A stretch of DNA of 63,684 bases from a virus (IMGVR_UViG_3300017754_001974:1-63684); one strand, 5' to 3'. Positions 1 to 10,148 are shown, counted from the stretch's first letter. Notes: generated from the letters alone by a model not told the origin. Translations and numbers: made by a program.

Positions 1-2
1 CA

Positions 3-1379
3 TATGAGTTCATTAGACCAGCAATGGGCTCTGGATTTATAACAACTGGGACATTTATTGCAGCAGGATCTGTTGGAGATTTAGATCAATGTGAACCATT
101 AAAAGAATTAATTTATAATCCTGATGTAAATGATATATATAGCGTTGAAACAGATCTACTTGATGACAAAGGTACAATTGGTAGATCTGGTTTGTTTATT
201 CCTGAACAATGGTCAATGCCTCCTTATATTGATGAATTTGGCAACTCGTTAGTAGAAGAAGCATTAATTGCATTAGATGAACAATTTGAGAAATGGAAAA
301 AAGAACTTGAACCTGAACAGTATCAACTAAGGATATCTCAGAGACCAAGGAATATTGCAGAAGCATTTGCTGCAAGAAAAGAATCTAAATTTCCTGTGCA
401 TTTAGTTACTGCACAAACAAGAAGGATAGAAGATAAAGAATATCCATATGAGCTATTAGAATTAGATAGAGATGCAGAAGGTAAAATTATTGCTGAAGTA
501 TCTAGAAAAGTTCCTATTAAACATTTTCCTATAAAGAAAACAGAAGATGATAAGGAAGGTGCATTTCAAGTTTGGGAAAGACCTAAAAAGGATCCAACTT
601 TTGGAATGTATTATGCTTCTATTGACCCTGTATCAGAAGGTAAAACTACAACATCAGAATCATTATGTTCCATATATGTCTATAAGGCACCAGTTGAGGT
701 AGTTAGAGAAACCTCTAATGGTAAAGAAACATATTTTGAAAAAGATAAAATTGTAGCATCGTGGTGTGGAAGATTTGATGATCTTGTAAAGACACATGAA
801 AAATTAGAATTAATAATTGAATGGTATAATGCCTGGACTATTGTAGAGAATAATATTTCATTGTTTATACAATACATGATTGAAAAAAGAAAACAAAAAT
901 ATCTTGTACCAAAAAGCCAGATATTGTTTCTTAAAGATCTTGGTGCCAATGCTAATGTTTTCCAGGAGTATGGTTGGAAGAATACTGGTATATTATTTAA
1001 AACCCATTTGTTATCATATCTAATCCAATTCTTAACGGAAGAGATTGATCATGAGACTAAACCAGATGGAACTATAGTTAAAACAACCTATGGAATTGAA
1101 AGAATTCCTGATAAAATGGCTATGGTAGAAATGCTTGCTTATAGAGATGGATTAAACGTTGACCGTTTAGTATCTTTAGCAGCATTAATATCATTTGCTA
1201 GAATACAAATTTCTAATAGAGGATTTACTAGAAAGTATGAAACAGATGAATCTGTTAAGTTGCAGAATTCAAATAATTTGTATAAATTAAATAGTAACCC
1301 TTTTAAGTTTATTGGAAATTCTAAACAACCATTTGGTGGACAAAAAATGAAAAGAAATCCATTTAAAAATTTTAGATAA
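3..1379 (+). CDS. terL: Terminase large subunit, C-terminal part (5'-truncated by window)
   Basis: Frame is open from position 3 (YEFIRPAM...). ATPase coupling region (FIAAGSVGD) followed by RNase H-like nuclease motifs YYASIDPVSEG, IVENN and DRLVSL; lies upstream of the portal gene. Confidence 0.92.
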   Translation, partial: YEFIRPAMGSGFITTGTFIAAGSVGDLDQCEPLKELIYNPDVNDIYSVETDLLDDKGTIGRSGLFIPEQWSMPPYIDEFGNSLVEEALIALDEQFEKWKKELEPEQYQLRISQRPRNIAEAFAARKESKFPVHLVTAQTRRIEDKEYPYELLELDRDAEGKIIAEVSRKVPIKHFPIKKTEDDKEGAFQVWERPKKDPTFGMYYASIDPVSEGKTTTSESLCSIYVYKAPVEVVRETSNGKETYFEKDKIVASWCGRFDDLVKTHEKLELIIEWYNAWTIVENNISLFIQYMIEKRKQKYLVPKSQILFLKDLGANANVFQEYGWKNTGILFKTHLLSYLIQFLTEEIDHETKPDGTIVKTTYGIERIPDKMAMVEMLAYRDGLNVDRLVSLAALISFARIQISNRGFTRKYETDESVKLQNSNNLYKLNSNPFKFIGNSKQPFGGQKMKRNPFKNFR

Positions 1380-1606
1380 TGATAACTAAAAACCAAACTA
1401 AAATCCAAATTGTAAAAGAGTTACTTGATAAAAAGCAAATAACATTTGAACAATGTTTAATCTTGTTAGAAGAACCAAATGAAAAAGTATCTAAAACAGA
1501 AAATAGATTGCCTAGCAATAATCCTTACAATTCTTCTAGTAATATTTATAGTAATACCTATAATGGGTATACATCTAATAGTACAGATGATTCTACCATC
1601 AAATAA
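1379..1606 (+). CDS. Small hypothetical protein
   Basis: 75-aa ORF overlapping the terminase stop (TAATG coupling); helical N-terminus, N/S/Y/T-rich tail. Confidence 0.7.
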   Translation: MITKNQTKIQIVKELLDKKQITFEQCLILLEEPNEKVSKTENRLPSNNPYNSSSNIYSNTYNGYTSNSTDDSTIK

Positions 1607-1615
1607 AAAATAATT

Positions 1616-4381
1616 ATGCAAATATATAACGCTCTAGATATTAAGTCAGGTAAAAAATCTGAATATAATAAGATGGGTACGCTCACGCAACCCATTCAAT
1701 TTCTACCAAAAGATAAGAAAGATCAAGAGTGGGCTGCTTGGAATTTAGATTGGTTAGAATTACAAGGTCAGAAGCAACTACGCAGAAATGCTAGAAGACT
1801 GATGAAAAATTATAAACTAGCTAAAGGTCTAATTGATAAGACAGATTATATTGTAGAAGAAGATAATGATTATGCAGATCTTGTAGAGACATTAACAAAA
1901 CAAGATGAATCTGCATTAGAATTAAAGTTCTATCCTATTATTCCAAATGTTATTAATGTACTAGTTTCTGAGTTTTCTAAAAGAGCAAGTAAAGTTGCTT
2001 ATAGAGCTGTTGATGAAATGTCTTATAACGACATGCTAGAACAAAAGAGAGCTAATGTAGAAGAAGTTCTATTACAAGAAGCTCAAGATAAAGTAATGGC
2101 CAGTTTAATTGAAGCTGGAATGGATATTGAATCTGAAGAGGTTAAACAGCAGTTGTCCCCAGAGAGTTTAAAGACTCTACCAGAAATTGAACAGTTCTTT
2201 AAAAAAGATTATAGATCAGTTATTGAACAGTGGGCATGGCACCAACATCAGGTAGATGAAGAAAGATTTAAAATACAAGAACTAGAAGAATTAGGATTTA
2301 GAGATCTACTAATTGCTGATAGAGAATTCTGGCATTTTAAAATGATGGAAGATGACTATGATGTTGAATTATGGAATCCATTATTAACATTCTATCATAA
2401 ATCACCAGATACACGTTATATCTCACAATCAAATTGGGTTGGTAAATGTGATATGATGACTATTGCTGATGTGGTTGATAAGTATGGTTTCCTAATGTCT
2501 CAAGAACAAATAGAATCAATTGAAGTATTATATCCTGTAAGATCATCTGCTTATCCTATTACAGGTATGCAAAATGATGGATCTTATTATGATAATACAA
2601 GATCACATGATTGGAATACAAATCAACCATCTCTTGCATATAGACAATTTGTATCAATGCATGATAATTATATATCAGATGGTAATGATATTGTAAATAT
2701 GATTCTTTCAGATAGTGAAGACCTATATGATATGGGTTCTGCACACTATTTAAGAGTTACAACATGTTACTGGAAAAGCCAACGTAAGATTGGACATTTA
2801 ACAAAGGTTGATATTGATGGATCAATTGTAGAAGATATAATTGATGAATCATATAAAGTTACATTAAAACCAGAGTATGATACTCTATTATTCAAAAATA
2901 AAACAAAAGAGAATCTAATTTTTGGTGAACATATAGATTGGATTTGGATTAATGAAACTTGGGGTGGTATTAAGATTGGTCCTAATAGACCTTCTTATTG
3001 GGGTATGGATAATCCTGATGGATTATCTCCTATTTATCTAGGTATAACAAAGAATCAAATATCTAAACTACCATTTCAATTCAAAGGTGATCTTTCTTTA
3101 TATGGTTGTAAACTACCAGTAGAAGGTGCTGTATTCTCAGATAGAAATACTAAGTCTGTATCTCTTGTAGATTTAATGAAGCCATATCAAATAGCATATA
3201 ACATTGTAAATAATCAAATTGCTGATATTCTAGTAGATGAATTAGGTACAGTAATTATGTTGGATCAAAATTCTATTCCTAGACATTCATTAGGTGAGGA
3301 TTGGGGTAAGCATAATCTTGCTAAAGCTTATGTTGCAATGAAGACATTTCAAATGCTTCCGTTGGATACTTCCATCACAAACACAGAAAATGCTGTAAAT
3401 TTCCAACATTATCAAGTTTTAAATCTAGAACAGACACAACGTTTATTATCTAGAATTCAACTAGCTCAGTATTTTAAAACACAAGCATTTGAATCTATTG
3501 GTATTACTCCACAAAGAATGGGTAGTGCAGTGGAACAACCAACTGCTGAAGGAGTTAGAGTAGCTGTAAGTAATTCATATGCTCAAACAGAAACTTACTT
3601 TACTCAACACTGTGATAATCTAATGCCTAGAGTACACAATATGCGTACAGACCTAGCACAATATTATCATTCAAATAAACCATCTTCAAGATTACAATAT
3701 CTAACGTCTCATGATGAGAAAGTTACATTTACTGTAGATGGAACAGATTTATTAATGAGAGATCTTAATATATTCTGTACTACTAAAGCTAATCATAGAA
3801 ATATTCTAGAACAATTAAAGCAATTAGCTTTAAATAATAATACATCTGGAGCATCTATTTATGACTTATCTAATATTATAAAGTCTCAATCAATACCAGA
3901 AGTAGACGTTGCTCTAAAATCTGCTGAAGAAAAACAAGATAGAATTAGACAAGAACAAAGTCAGGAACAACAGAAATTGCAAGAACAACAATTACAAGCA
4001 ATGGCTGCTGAAAAACAAGCTGAAAGAGATTTTCAAATGCAGGAAAAAGATAAGGATAGACAAACAGATATCATGGAAGCTCAAATTAAAGCTGCTGGTT
4101 ATGGAGCTATGCAAGATGTTAATGAGAATAAACAAAGTGATTATCTAGATGTTATGAGGGAGATAAGAGCATCTGATGAATATCAACAAACAATGTCTTT
4201 TAATAATCAGAAAGAGAATAATAAAATGTCTGCAATAAAATCTAAAGATGATCTTAAGAGAGAAGACAATGCTATTAAAAGAGAAATAGCAAACAAGCAA
4301 CTTGAGATAGCAAGGATTAATAAAAATAAATATGACATGAAACAAACTTTAAAAGCTAAAGAAAAGAAAAAGAATAAATAG
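1616..4381 (+). CDS. Portal protein (crAss-like)
   Basis: 921 aa between terminase and capsid genes; crAss-type segments (YPIIPNVINVL, SLVDLMKPYQIAYNIVNNQ, GITPQRMG) and a C-terminal Q/E/K coiled coil. Confidence 0.9.
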   Translation: MQIYNALDIKSGKKSEYNKMGTLTQPIQFLPKDKKDQEWAAWNLDWLELQGQKQLRRNARRLMKNYKLAKGLIDKTDYIVEEDNDYADLVETLTKQDESALELKFYPIIPNVINVLVSEFSKRASKVAYRAVDEMSYNDMLEQKRANVEEVLLQEAQDKVMASLIEAGMDIESEEVKQQLSPESLKTLPEIEQFFKKDYRSVIEQWAWHQHQVDEERFKIQELEELGFRDLLIADREFWHFKMMEDDYDVELWNPLLTFYHKSPDTRYISQSNWVGKCDMMTIADVVDKYGFLMSQEQIESIEVLYPVRSSAYPITGMQNDGSYYDNTRSHDWNTNQPSLAYRQFVSMHDNYISDGNDIVNMILSDSEDLYDMGSAHYLRVTTCYWKSQRKIGHLTKVDIDGSIVEDIIDESYKVTLKPEYDTLLFKNKTKENLIFGEHIDWIWINETWGGIKIGPNRPSYWGMDNPDGLSPIYLGITKNQISKLPFQFKGDLSLYGCKLPVEGAVFSDRNTKSVSLVDLMKPYQIAYNIVNNQIADILVDELGTVIMLDQNSIPRHSLGEDWGKHNLAKAYVAMKTFQMLPLDTSITNTENAVNFQHYQVLNLEQTQRLLSRIQLAQYFKTQAFESIGITPQRMGSAVEQPTAEGVRVAVSNSYAQTETYFTQHCDNLMPRVHNMRTDLAQYYHSNKPSSRLQYLTSHDEKVTFTVDGTDLLMRDLNIFCTTKANHRNILEQLKQLALNNNTSGASIYDLSNIIKSQSIPEVDVALKSAEEKQDRIRQEQSQEQQKLQEQQLQAMAAEKQAERDFQMQEKDKDRQTDIMEAQIKAAGYGAMQDVNENKQSDYLDVMREIRASDEYQQTMSFNNQKENNKMSAIKSKDDLKREDNAIKREIANKQLEIARINKNKYDMKQTLKAKEKKKNK

Positions 4382-4418
4382 CGTTATAATGAGATTTTTG
4401 AAATTTGAAAATCAAATA

Positions 4419-4483
4419 TTATAAGTTTACTCAAATTACTTTTCTTATATTATTCTATAACAAAACCAATAAAACCAACATAA
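4419..4483 (+). promoter_or_regulatory. Putative promoter/leader of the head operon
   Basis: Intergenic TTATAAGTTTA (4419-4429, repeated at 40991-41001), TTCTTATATTA (4442-4452) and leader AAAACCAATAAAACCAACATAA before ATG 4484. Confidence 0.45.
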
Positions 4484-5674
4484 ATGAGTCAAGAAACAAC
4501 TATGCAAACGGAAGTTAAAGAAGTTGATGTAAATATTGATGAGTTATTTGGAGCTACTCCAGGTGCTGAAAGCATCTTATTACCAGGAGTAGAAGAAAAA
4601 CCAAATATCTTTTCCAATAAAAAAACTGATTTAAAATTCCTAGATGAAGAACCAAGTTCTTCAGAAGCAACATCTCAAGATGAAGTATCACAGATTCTTG
4701 AAGAAACAATGAGTCAACTTGAAGCTGAACCTACAAAAGGAAGATCTAAAGTTGATAAAAGTGGATTAGTAGATACATTCTCTAAACTAATTGAAGAAGG
4801 ATTAATTATGCCATTTGATGATGATAAATCATTAGATGAGTATTCTATTAAAGACTGGAAAGAATTAATCCAAGCAAATTTTGAAGAGAGAGAATCTAAA
4901 ATCAAACAAGATACTCCTAGAGAATTTTTTCAAGCTTTACCACATGAACTTCAGTTTGCAGCAAAATATGTATCTGATGGTGGTCAAGATTTAAAAGGAT
5001 TATTTAGAGCACTTGCTCAAGTAGAAGAAGTAAGAGATCTTGATATTGATAATGAACATGATCAAGAAGTTATTGTAAGAAACTATCTAAGAGCTACACG
5101 TTTTGGAAATGATGATGAAATCAGTGAAGAAATTGATAGTTGGAGAGATATGAATAAACTTGAAGAAAAAGCTTCAAAGTTTAAACCAAAATTGGATAGA
5201 ATGCAAGAGCAGATTGTTGTACAACAATTAGCTGAACAAGAAAATAGAAAGATCCAACAGCAAGAAGCTGCAGAAAGTTATATGGAAAGTGTTTATGAAA
5301 CACTTAAACCATCTGAACTTAATGGACTTAAGATTGATAAAAAGACTCAATCTTTATTATATACAGGTTTAGTACAACCTGCTTATCCTTCTATTAGTGG
5401 AAGACCAACTAATCTATTAGGACATTTATTAGAGAAATATCAATTTGTTGAACCCAGACATGATCTAATTGCTGAAGCACTTTGGTTATTGGCTGACCCA
5501 GACTCTTATAGAAATGAAATTAGGAAGAATGCCAAAAATGAATCTGTTAAAGAAACTGTTAGAAGTCTTAAGACAGAAGAGCAAAGAAAGCAAACATTTT
5601 CTTCTGTAGCGGAAGAAGAACCTAAGAGAACTCCTAAGATTGCAAGAAATAATAATAATTTTTTCAAAAGATAA
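4484..5674 (+). CDS. Acidic helical scaffold-like protein
   Basis: 396 aa, E/D-rich, coiled-coil; sits between portal and MCP as in crAss-like head modules. Confidence 0.75.
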   Translation: MSQETTMQTEVKEVDVNIDELFGATPGAESILLPGVEEKPNIFSNKKTDLKFLDEEPSSSEATSQDEVSQILEETMSQLEAEPTKGRSKVDKSGLVDTFSKLIEEGLIMPFDDDKSLDEYSIKDWKELIQANFEERESKIKQDTPREFFQALPHELQFAAKYVSDGGQDLKGLFRALAQVEEVRDLDIDNEHDQEVIVRNYLRATRFGNDDEISEEIDSWRDMNKLEEKASKFKPKLDRMQEQIVVQQLAEQENRKIQQQEAAESYMESVYETLKPSELNGLKIDKKTQSLLYTGLVQPAYPSISGRPTNLLGHLLEKYQFVEPRHDLIAEALWLLADPDSYRNEIRKNAKNESVKETVRSLKTEEQRKQTFSSVAEEEPKRTPKIARNNNNFFKR

Positions 5675-5712
5675 ACAAACAAACAATTATAAACAATTAA
5701 ACACAATTCAAA

Positions 5713-7332
5713 ATGGCAACACCAGTATTAAACAATGGTATTTTTTTACGTGACACTAGCTACCAGGCTAGTTCTCACGTTGATTCATACCACTTAGTTA
5801 ACATGTTGAAGTCATCTGAACCAATGGACATGGGCCCTGTAGATATCTGGGCTATGTCACAAAAAGTTGAGATGCCACTTTATCAAATGTCTAGCTTTGG
5901 TGGTAAGAATGTAATTATGGTTGACAATGCACGTGGAGAGTACAAGTGGCAAGTTCCAATTGCCCAAGACTTACCATATGTAATGGAAGACATTGAATCT
6001 GGAAACACGACCAAAGGTATTGATGGTCAAACTTTCAAGATTAAAACAAACAAGCGCATCTTTGGTCATGGTGATATCATCACTTATGATAAATACAATG
6101 GTGCTGAGATGTACATTGTACCTACAGAAGATATCATTCCTACAGGAGATGGTTTCATCTATACAGTACAACTTGTAAACAATGACAACACTAAATATTT
6201 GGATAACAAGTATTTGGCTTCTGGAACTAAACTATTCCGTAAAGGTTCTGCAAGAGGTGAGTATGGTGAAAGATTTTCTGATCTTACTTTACAATCAGGT
6301 TTCCGTGAATTTTATAACTATGTAGGTGGTGCAGAAGCACACGTGCATTATTCTATTTCTTCACGTGCAGATTTGATGATTAAAGGTGGAATGAATGCTG
6401 ATGGTACTGTACCTGTAACTGAAATCTGGAGAAACTTTGATAACAATGCTGATCCATCAATTACTAACCTTGAGTCTTTAGTATCTAAAATGGGTAAAGA
6501 CTATGCAAAACGTGCAATTGAAAATGGTTCATTGAGCCGTACTTTCTTAACACGTCTTGAGTCTGCTCACCTTAGCAAAATTTCTAATGACATTGAATCT
6601 TACTTAATGTGGGGTCATGGTGGTAGAATTAAGCAAGATGGTCCAGATGATATGCGTCTTTCTGTAGGTCTTTGGAAACAACTTGATAATTCATTCAAGC
6701 GTATCTACAATAAAGCATCATTTAACCTTGATCTTTTCCGTAATGAAATTTATAATTTCTTCAATGGTAAGGTTGAGTTCAAAGGTCCAGATCCAAAGCG
6801 TCAAATCATTGTACAAACTGGAATGGGTGGTATGAAAATGGTTAATGAAGCTATTAAGAAAGAAACAGTTAATTCTGGTCTCTTGATTCAAGCTGCTGAC
6901 ATTGGAGCTATCACTGGTCAAGGTATGGATTTAAATTTTGGTTTTGCTTACACTTCTTATGTTATTCCATTCTTGGCTAACGTTAAGTTTGTATTGAATC
7001 CAGCATTTGATAATGTTCATACTAATGACATTGAGAACCCAATCATTGATGGTTACCCACTTTCTTCTTACAACTTCATCGTATTTGATATTACTGATAA
7101 TACAAATGATAACTTGTTCTTGTTGAAACTTAACTGGGATAATCAATTAAAATGGTGGTATCAGAATGGTACAATGGATTATATGGGACGTAACCAAGGT
7201 TTCCAGTCTTCTGGACAATTCAATGGTTATCGTGTTATGATGACTCAAACCATGCCAGCTATCTGGGTTAAAGATCCAACTAAAGTGTTGAAGATTGTTA
7301 TGAAGAACCCAATCACTGGTGGTTCATTCTAA
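5713..7332 (+). CDS. Major capsid protein (HK97 fold, crAss-like)
   Basis: 539 aa; position after scaffold; ESYLMWG, GLWKQL and C-terminal IWVKDPTK segments typical of crAss-like MCPs; codon usage suggests high expression (CGT, TTC, AAC); followed by a terminator. Confidence 0.92.
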   Translation: MATPVLNNGIFLRDTSYQASSHVDSYHLVNMLKSSEPMDMGPVDIWAMSQKVEMPLYQMSSFGGKNVIMVDNARGEYKWQVPIAQDLPYVMEDIESGNTTKGIDGQTFKIKTNKRIFGHGDIITYDKYNGAEMYIVPTEDIIPTGDGFIYTVQLVNNDNTKYLDNKYLASGTKLFRKGSARGEYGERFSDLTLQSGFREFYNYVGGAEAHVHYSISSRADLMIKGGMNADGTVPVTEIWRNFDNNADPSITNLESLVSKMGKDYAKRAIENGSLSRTFLTRLESAHLSKISNDIESYLMWGHGGRIKQDGPDDMRLSVGLWKQLDNSFKRIYNKASFNLDLFRNEIYNFFNGKVEFKGPDPKRQIIVQTGMGGMKMVNEAIKKETVNSGLLIQAADIGAITGQGMDLNFGFAYTSYVIPFLANVKFVLNPAFDNVHTNDIENPIIDGYPLSSYNFIVFDITDNTNDNLFLLKLNWDNQLKWWYQNGTMDYMGRNQGFQSSGQFNGYRVMMTQTMPAIWVKDPTKVLKIVMKNPITGGSF

Positions 7333-7349
7333 ATAATGAAGTATTTAAT

Positions 7350-7384
7350 AGGGGAGGGAGTAATTCCTCCCCTTTATACTTTTA
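7350..7384 (+). terminator. Rho-independent terminator after MCP
   Basis: AGGGGAGGGA-GTAA-TTCCTCCCCT stem (one G:U pair, GNRA loop) followed by a T-rich tract. Confidence 0.85.
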
Positions 7385-7398
7385 ATTAAAAATTATAT

Positions 7399-7406
7399 TA
7401 CATTTG
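7399..7406 (+). promoter_or_regulatory. Bacteroidota sigma-A -7 element (TAnnTTTG)
   Basis: TACATTTG between the terminator and ATG 7435. Confidence 0.5.
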
Positions 7407-7434
7407 AATAAATTAAAAACTAAAACCAAATAAA

Positions 7435-8448
7435 ATGAGTGTAACAATTGTAGAAAGATATCCTAGTAATAAATCTGGAGCTATCTCAATCAAACCATAT
7501 TTTGAGTCTTCTATTTCTAATATGGGTTTAGAGAATTATGGAATGAATGTTTTTGATGGAGTATTCCATGAAGAACAATTAACTTGTATTGAAATTAATG
7601 GTATCAAAAGATACCTTACTGGATTAAATGAATTTGCCGCTGAAGTTAAAATGCTTCCAGAAGATGAAAAGGAAGCTAAAATAAAAGAAATTAGAACTAC
7701 TGTATCTGAACTTGAAAAAGATCTTGCAGCTAATTATATTGATCCAACAGATAAAGAATTCTGGAATAAAGTAAAATTGCTAAGACCAGATAATCATGAG
7801 TTTTGGGAAAAAATTGTACTACGTGTAGGAAATGAACCTACTTTCTTAGAACCTAAGACAGATCCTTATGATTTAATTAAACTAATTGCAATTAATGCAG
7901 GTGGTTTTTCTCTTGTAGCAAAAAGTTATGATGCTGCTAGACATCTACCAACTCCTCCTAAATTTTATTTAGATAAACATGAAGATACAGTAAGTACTAA
8001 AACGGAATACAAAAAGATTCGTAATAAAGCACTTGCAGAACTTCAGAAATTATTTGATAAGAATACTAATAAGTTATTCTTAGTTGCTAAAGTTGTTGAT
8101 ATTGATTCTATTCAATATAAAAAATCAACACCTAATGATATCCTATTTGAAAATATGGATAGACATATCAATGGAAATGGTTCTGAAGATAATAAGAAAA
8201 AAGCAGCAGAAAAGTTCATTGAAACTTGTGCAGCTGATATGGAAACTTTAAAATTGAAAGCTCTTATTAAAGATGCTGGATATTATAAGATTGTTTTACA
8301 TAAATCTGATGGTTTTATTTATCATATTGAAAGTTCAACTATGATGGGTAGAAATACAGCAGATATGGTAGAGTTCTTAAAAAATCCATTAAATGATCAA
8401 ATTCTTTTAGATATTACTAAAAAAGTTGAAAAGTATTGGAATTCTTAA
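7435..8448 (+). CDS. Conserved crAss-like protein downstream of MCP, function unknown
   Basis: 337-aa ORF in the syntenic slot after MCP; own promoter-like element and A-rich leader. Confidence 0.7.
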   Translation: MSVTIVERYPSNKSGAISIKPYFESSISNMGLENYGMNVFDGVFHEEQLTCIEINGIKRYLTGLNEFAAEVKMLPEDEKEAKIKEIRTTVSELEKDLAANYIDPTDKEFWNKVKLLRPDNHEFWEKIVLRVGNEPTFLEPKTDPYDLIKLIAINAGGFSLVAKSYDAARHLPTPPKFYLDKHEDTVSTKTEYKKIRNKALAELQKLFDKNTNKLFLVAKVVDIDSIQYKKSTPNDILFENMDRHINGNGSEDNKKKAAEKFIETCAADMETLKLKALIKDAGYYKIVLHKSDGFIYHIESSTMMGRNTADMVEFLKNPLNDQILLDITKKVEKYWNS

Positions 8449-8467
8449 TATATTATATATAGATATC

Positions 8468-8614
8468 ATGGCAAAGAAAAAAGTAGTAGAGTACAAGGGT
8501 ACTAAAGCTGAAGAAACATATTCTAGTAAGTCTGCAATGATGAAACATGAAAAGACTGAAGGTAAGAGTATGGAAAAGAAAGAGAAAACTTTAATGCGTA
8601 AAAAGAAGAAATAA
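8468..8614 (+). CDS. Small Lys-rich protein (48 aa)
   Basis: ATG at 8468: MAKKKVVEYKGTKAEETYSSKSAMMKHEKTEGK...; preceded by TTAATATATTA. Confidence 0.75.
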   Translation: MAKKKVVEYKGTKAEETYSSKSAMMKHEKTEGKSMEKKEKTLMRKKKK

Positions 8615-8778
8615 TGGCTACTAAGAAACATCCAGGATTTAAAGCAGTACAGAAAAAAATTGCTAAAGAACAAGGAGTTTCAATGAAATCTGCTGGAGCA
8701 ATCCTTGCAAGTTCAAGTAGAAATGCTTCTCCTAAAGCTAAAGCTAAAAATCCTAAACTTAAAAAAGTAAAAGGATAA
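8614..8778 (+). CDS. Small Lys-rich protein (54 aa; not in the ORF track)
   Basis: Read manually: MATKKHPGFKAVQKKIAKEQGVSMKSAGAILASSSRNASPKAKAKNPKLKKVKG*; TAATG overlaps at both ends. Confidence 0.8.
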   Translation: MATKKHPGFKAVQKKIAKEQGVSMKSAGAILASSSRNASPKAKAKNPKLKKVKG

Positions 8779-8927
8779 TGGCTAAGGAACTTTTGAAAAG
8801 AAAAGATGGAAGTTATTCCCAGAGAGGACTCTGGGATAACATCCGTGATAACAAGGGTTCTGGTAAAAAAGCTACCAAGAAAATGTTAAAAGAAGAGGAT
8901 AAGATAAAATCTAAATCTAAGAAATAA
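8778..8927 (+). CDS. Small Lys-rich protein (49 aa; not in the ORF track)
   Basis: Read manually: MAKELLKRKDGSYSQRGLWDNIRDNKGSGKKATKKMLKEEDKIKSKSKK*; TAATG-coupled to the previous ORF. Confidence 0.8.
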   Translation: MAKELLKRKDGSYSQRGLWDNIRDNKGSGKKATKKMLKEEDKIKSKSKK

Positions 8928-8929
8928 TC

Positions 8930-9877
8930 ATGGCAACTTTAAAATCCTACGGTTTAAAAAATAAACAAACAAATTCTCTTGTTCCTGGTAGTTTAATTAA
9001 AGCATATAAAAAACCATCACCAGGACCTTGGTATGAAGTATTTTCTGAAGCAAGTGGAGTAGTTAGTAATCCATCTGATTATGATGCTACTGTTAGAATT
9101 ACTTATCCTAATGCTGTGTTAGCAGAAAGATTTGGTACACAAGCTAAAAATTTTATTCAATCTAAAGGTTATAGCCCAGACAATATAGTATTATCTAATT
9201 CAATTTGTTCAGATGATGTTGATGGGCCTGTTTATATTGATGTTAATAATATTGGTCAAACACCAGCATCTCAGAATCAATTCTTAGGTGCATTTATGTC
9301 TGGTGGTTTAGCAGGATATCCACATACAGGTATACTAGGTATACAAGCTTGGGGATCTCATATTACCTCAACTACAAATGGTGGATTGTTTATGATTAAT
9401 ATGCCACACATTGGGATATCAAGAGCAGGCAATGTAGGTAGAATACATAGAAGAGGTAAAACTTCTACTGAATCATTAACAGATAATACTTGTGGTGCAG
9501 TTGCTACTGCAATTGCTTGGGTTGCTGCTAATGGAAGTGCTCCTGTTGTTGGTAATTTTCCAAATAACTATCAGAACTATACTTTATGTAGTATATTATT
9601 TCCATTCAAAAGTGATCTTGCTGCTTTAGCAACATATGGTGAAAAAATGGTATTTGCTACAGAAAAAATTAGATTATCTGGTAATACATTCTTAACAGGA
9701 GCTACTGGAATAGTTGATACTAATGTTGGTGCTAATGTAGATGTATTTTATTGTAGTGGTATTTTTATAAATACAGATGATGGTTTTAATGCTTATGTTG
9801 ATGTAATAGCATTTAAAAAATATAATAGTGTTGACGGATGGGTAGATTTAACAACTGAATTTTTAGCAACATTATAA
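8930..9877 (+). CDS. LCIB/theta-type carbonic anhydrase-like protein with N-terminal extension
   Basis: Ordered motifs SICSDD (C93), FMSGGLAGYP.TG..G..A..SH, MPHIGI...G.VG.I.R.G (H160) and TCGA (C188) match the Cys-His-Cys Zn site of the LCIB family. Confidence 0.8.
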   Translation: MATLKSYGLKNKQTNSLVPGSLIKAYKKPSPGPWYEVFSEASGVVSNPSDYDATVRITYPNAVLAERFGTQAKNFIQSKGYSPDNIVLSNSICSDDVDGPVYIDVNNIGQTPASQNQFLGAFMSGGLAGYPHTGILGIQAWGSHITSTTNGGLFMINMPHIGISRAGNVGRIHRRGKTSTESLTDNTCGAVATAIAWVAANGSAPVVGNFPNNYQNYTLCSILFPFKSDLAALATYGEKMVFATEKIRLSGNTFLTGATGIVDTNVGANVDVFYCSGIFINTDDGFNAYVDVIAFKKYNSVDGWVDLTTEFLATL

Positions 9878-9879
9878 TT

Positions 9880-10131
9880 ATGGCAAAGACAGCTGCTTGG
9901 CAAAGAAAAAAAGGTAAGAATCCTGATGGTGGATTAAATGAAGCAGGACGTAAATCTTATGAAAAAGAAAATCCTGGTTCAGATTTAAAAGCTCCTCAAC
10001 CTGAAGGTGGATCTAGAAAAGATTCTTTTTGTGCAAGAATGAAAGGTATGAAGAAGAAATTAACTTCAGAGAAAACAGCTAAAGATCCTAATAGCAGAAT
10101 AAATAAATCACTTAAAAAGTGGAAGTGTTAA
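9880..10131 (+). CDS. Small basic phage protein (DUF6321-like, from memory)
   Basis: AWQRKKGKNPDGGLN..GRKSY...DLKAP...SFCARM..MKKK...KKWKC, a widespread small basic protein type in aquatic phages. Confidence 0.7.
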   Translation: MAKTAAWQRKKGKNPDGGLNEAGRKSYEKENPGSDLKAPQPEGGSRKDSFCARMKGMKKKLTSEKTAKDPNSRINKSLKKWKC

Positions 10132-10148
10132 CAATTAATAACTAAAAA

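Noticed and set aside
3-7332. Introns, inteins or homing endonucleases in terminase, portal or MCP
   Set aside because: ORFs are continuous; no intein termini or LAGLIDADG/HNH motifs recognised.
8930-9877. Carbonic anhydrase gene as host contamination or misassembly
   Set aside because: Same strand, similar codon style and 2-nt spacing to flanking phage genes; read-level confirmation is still advisable.
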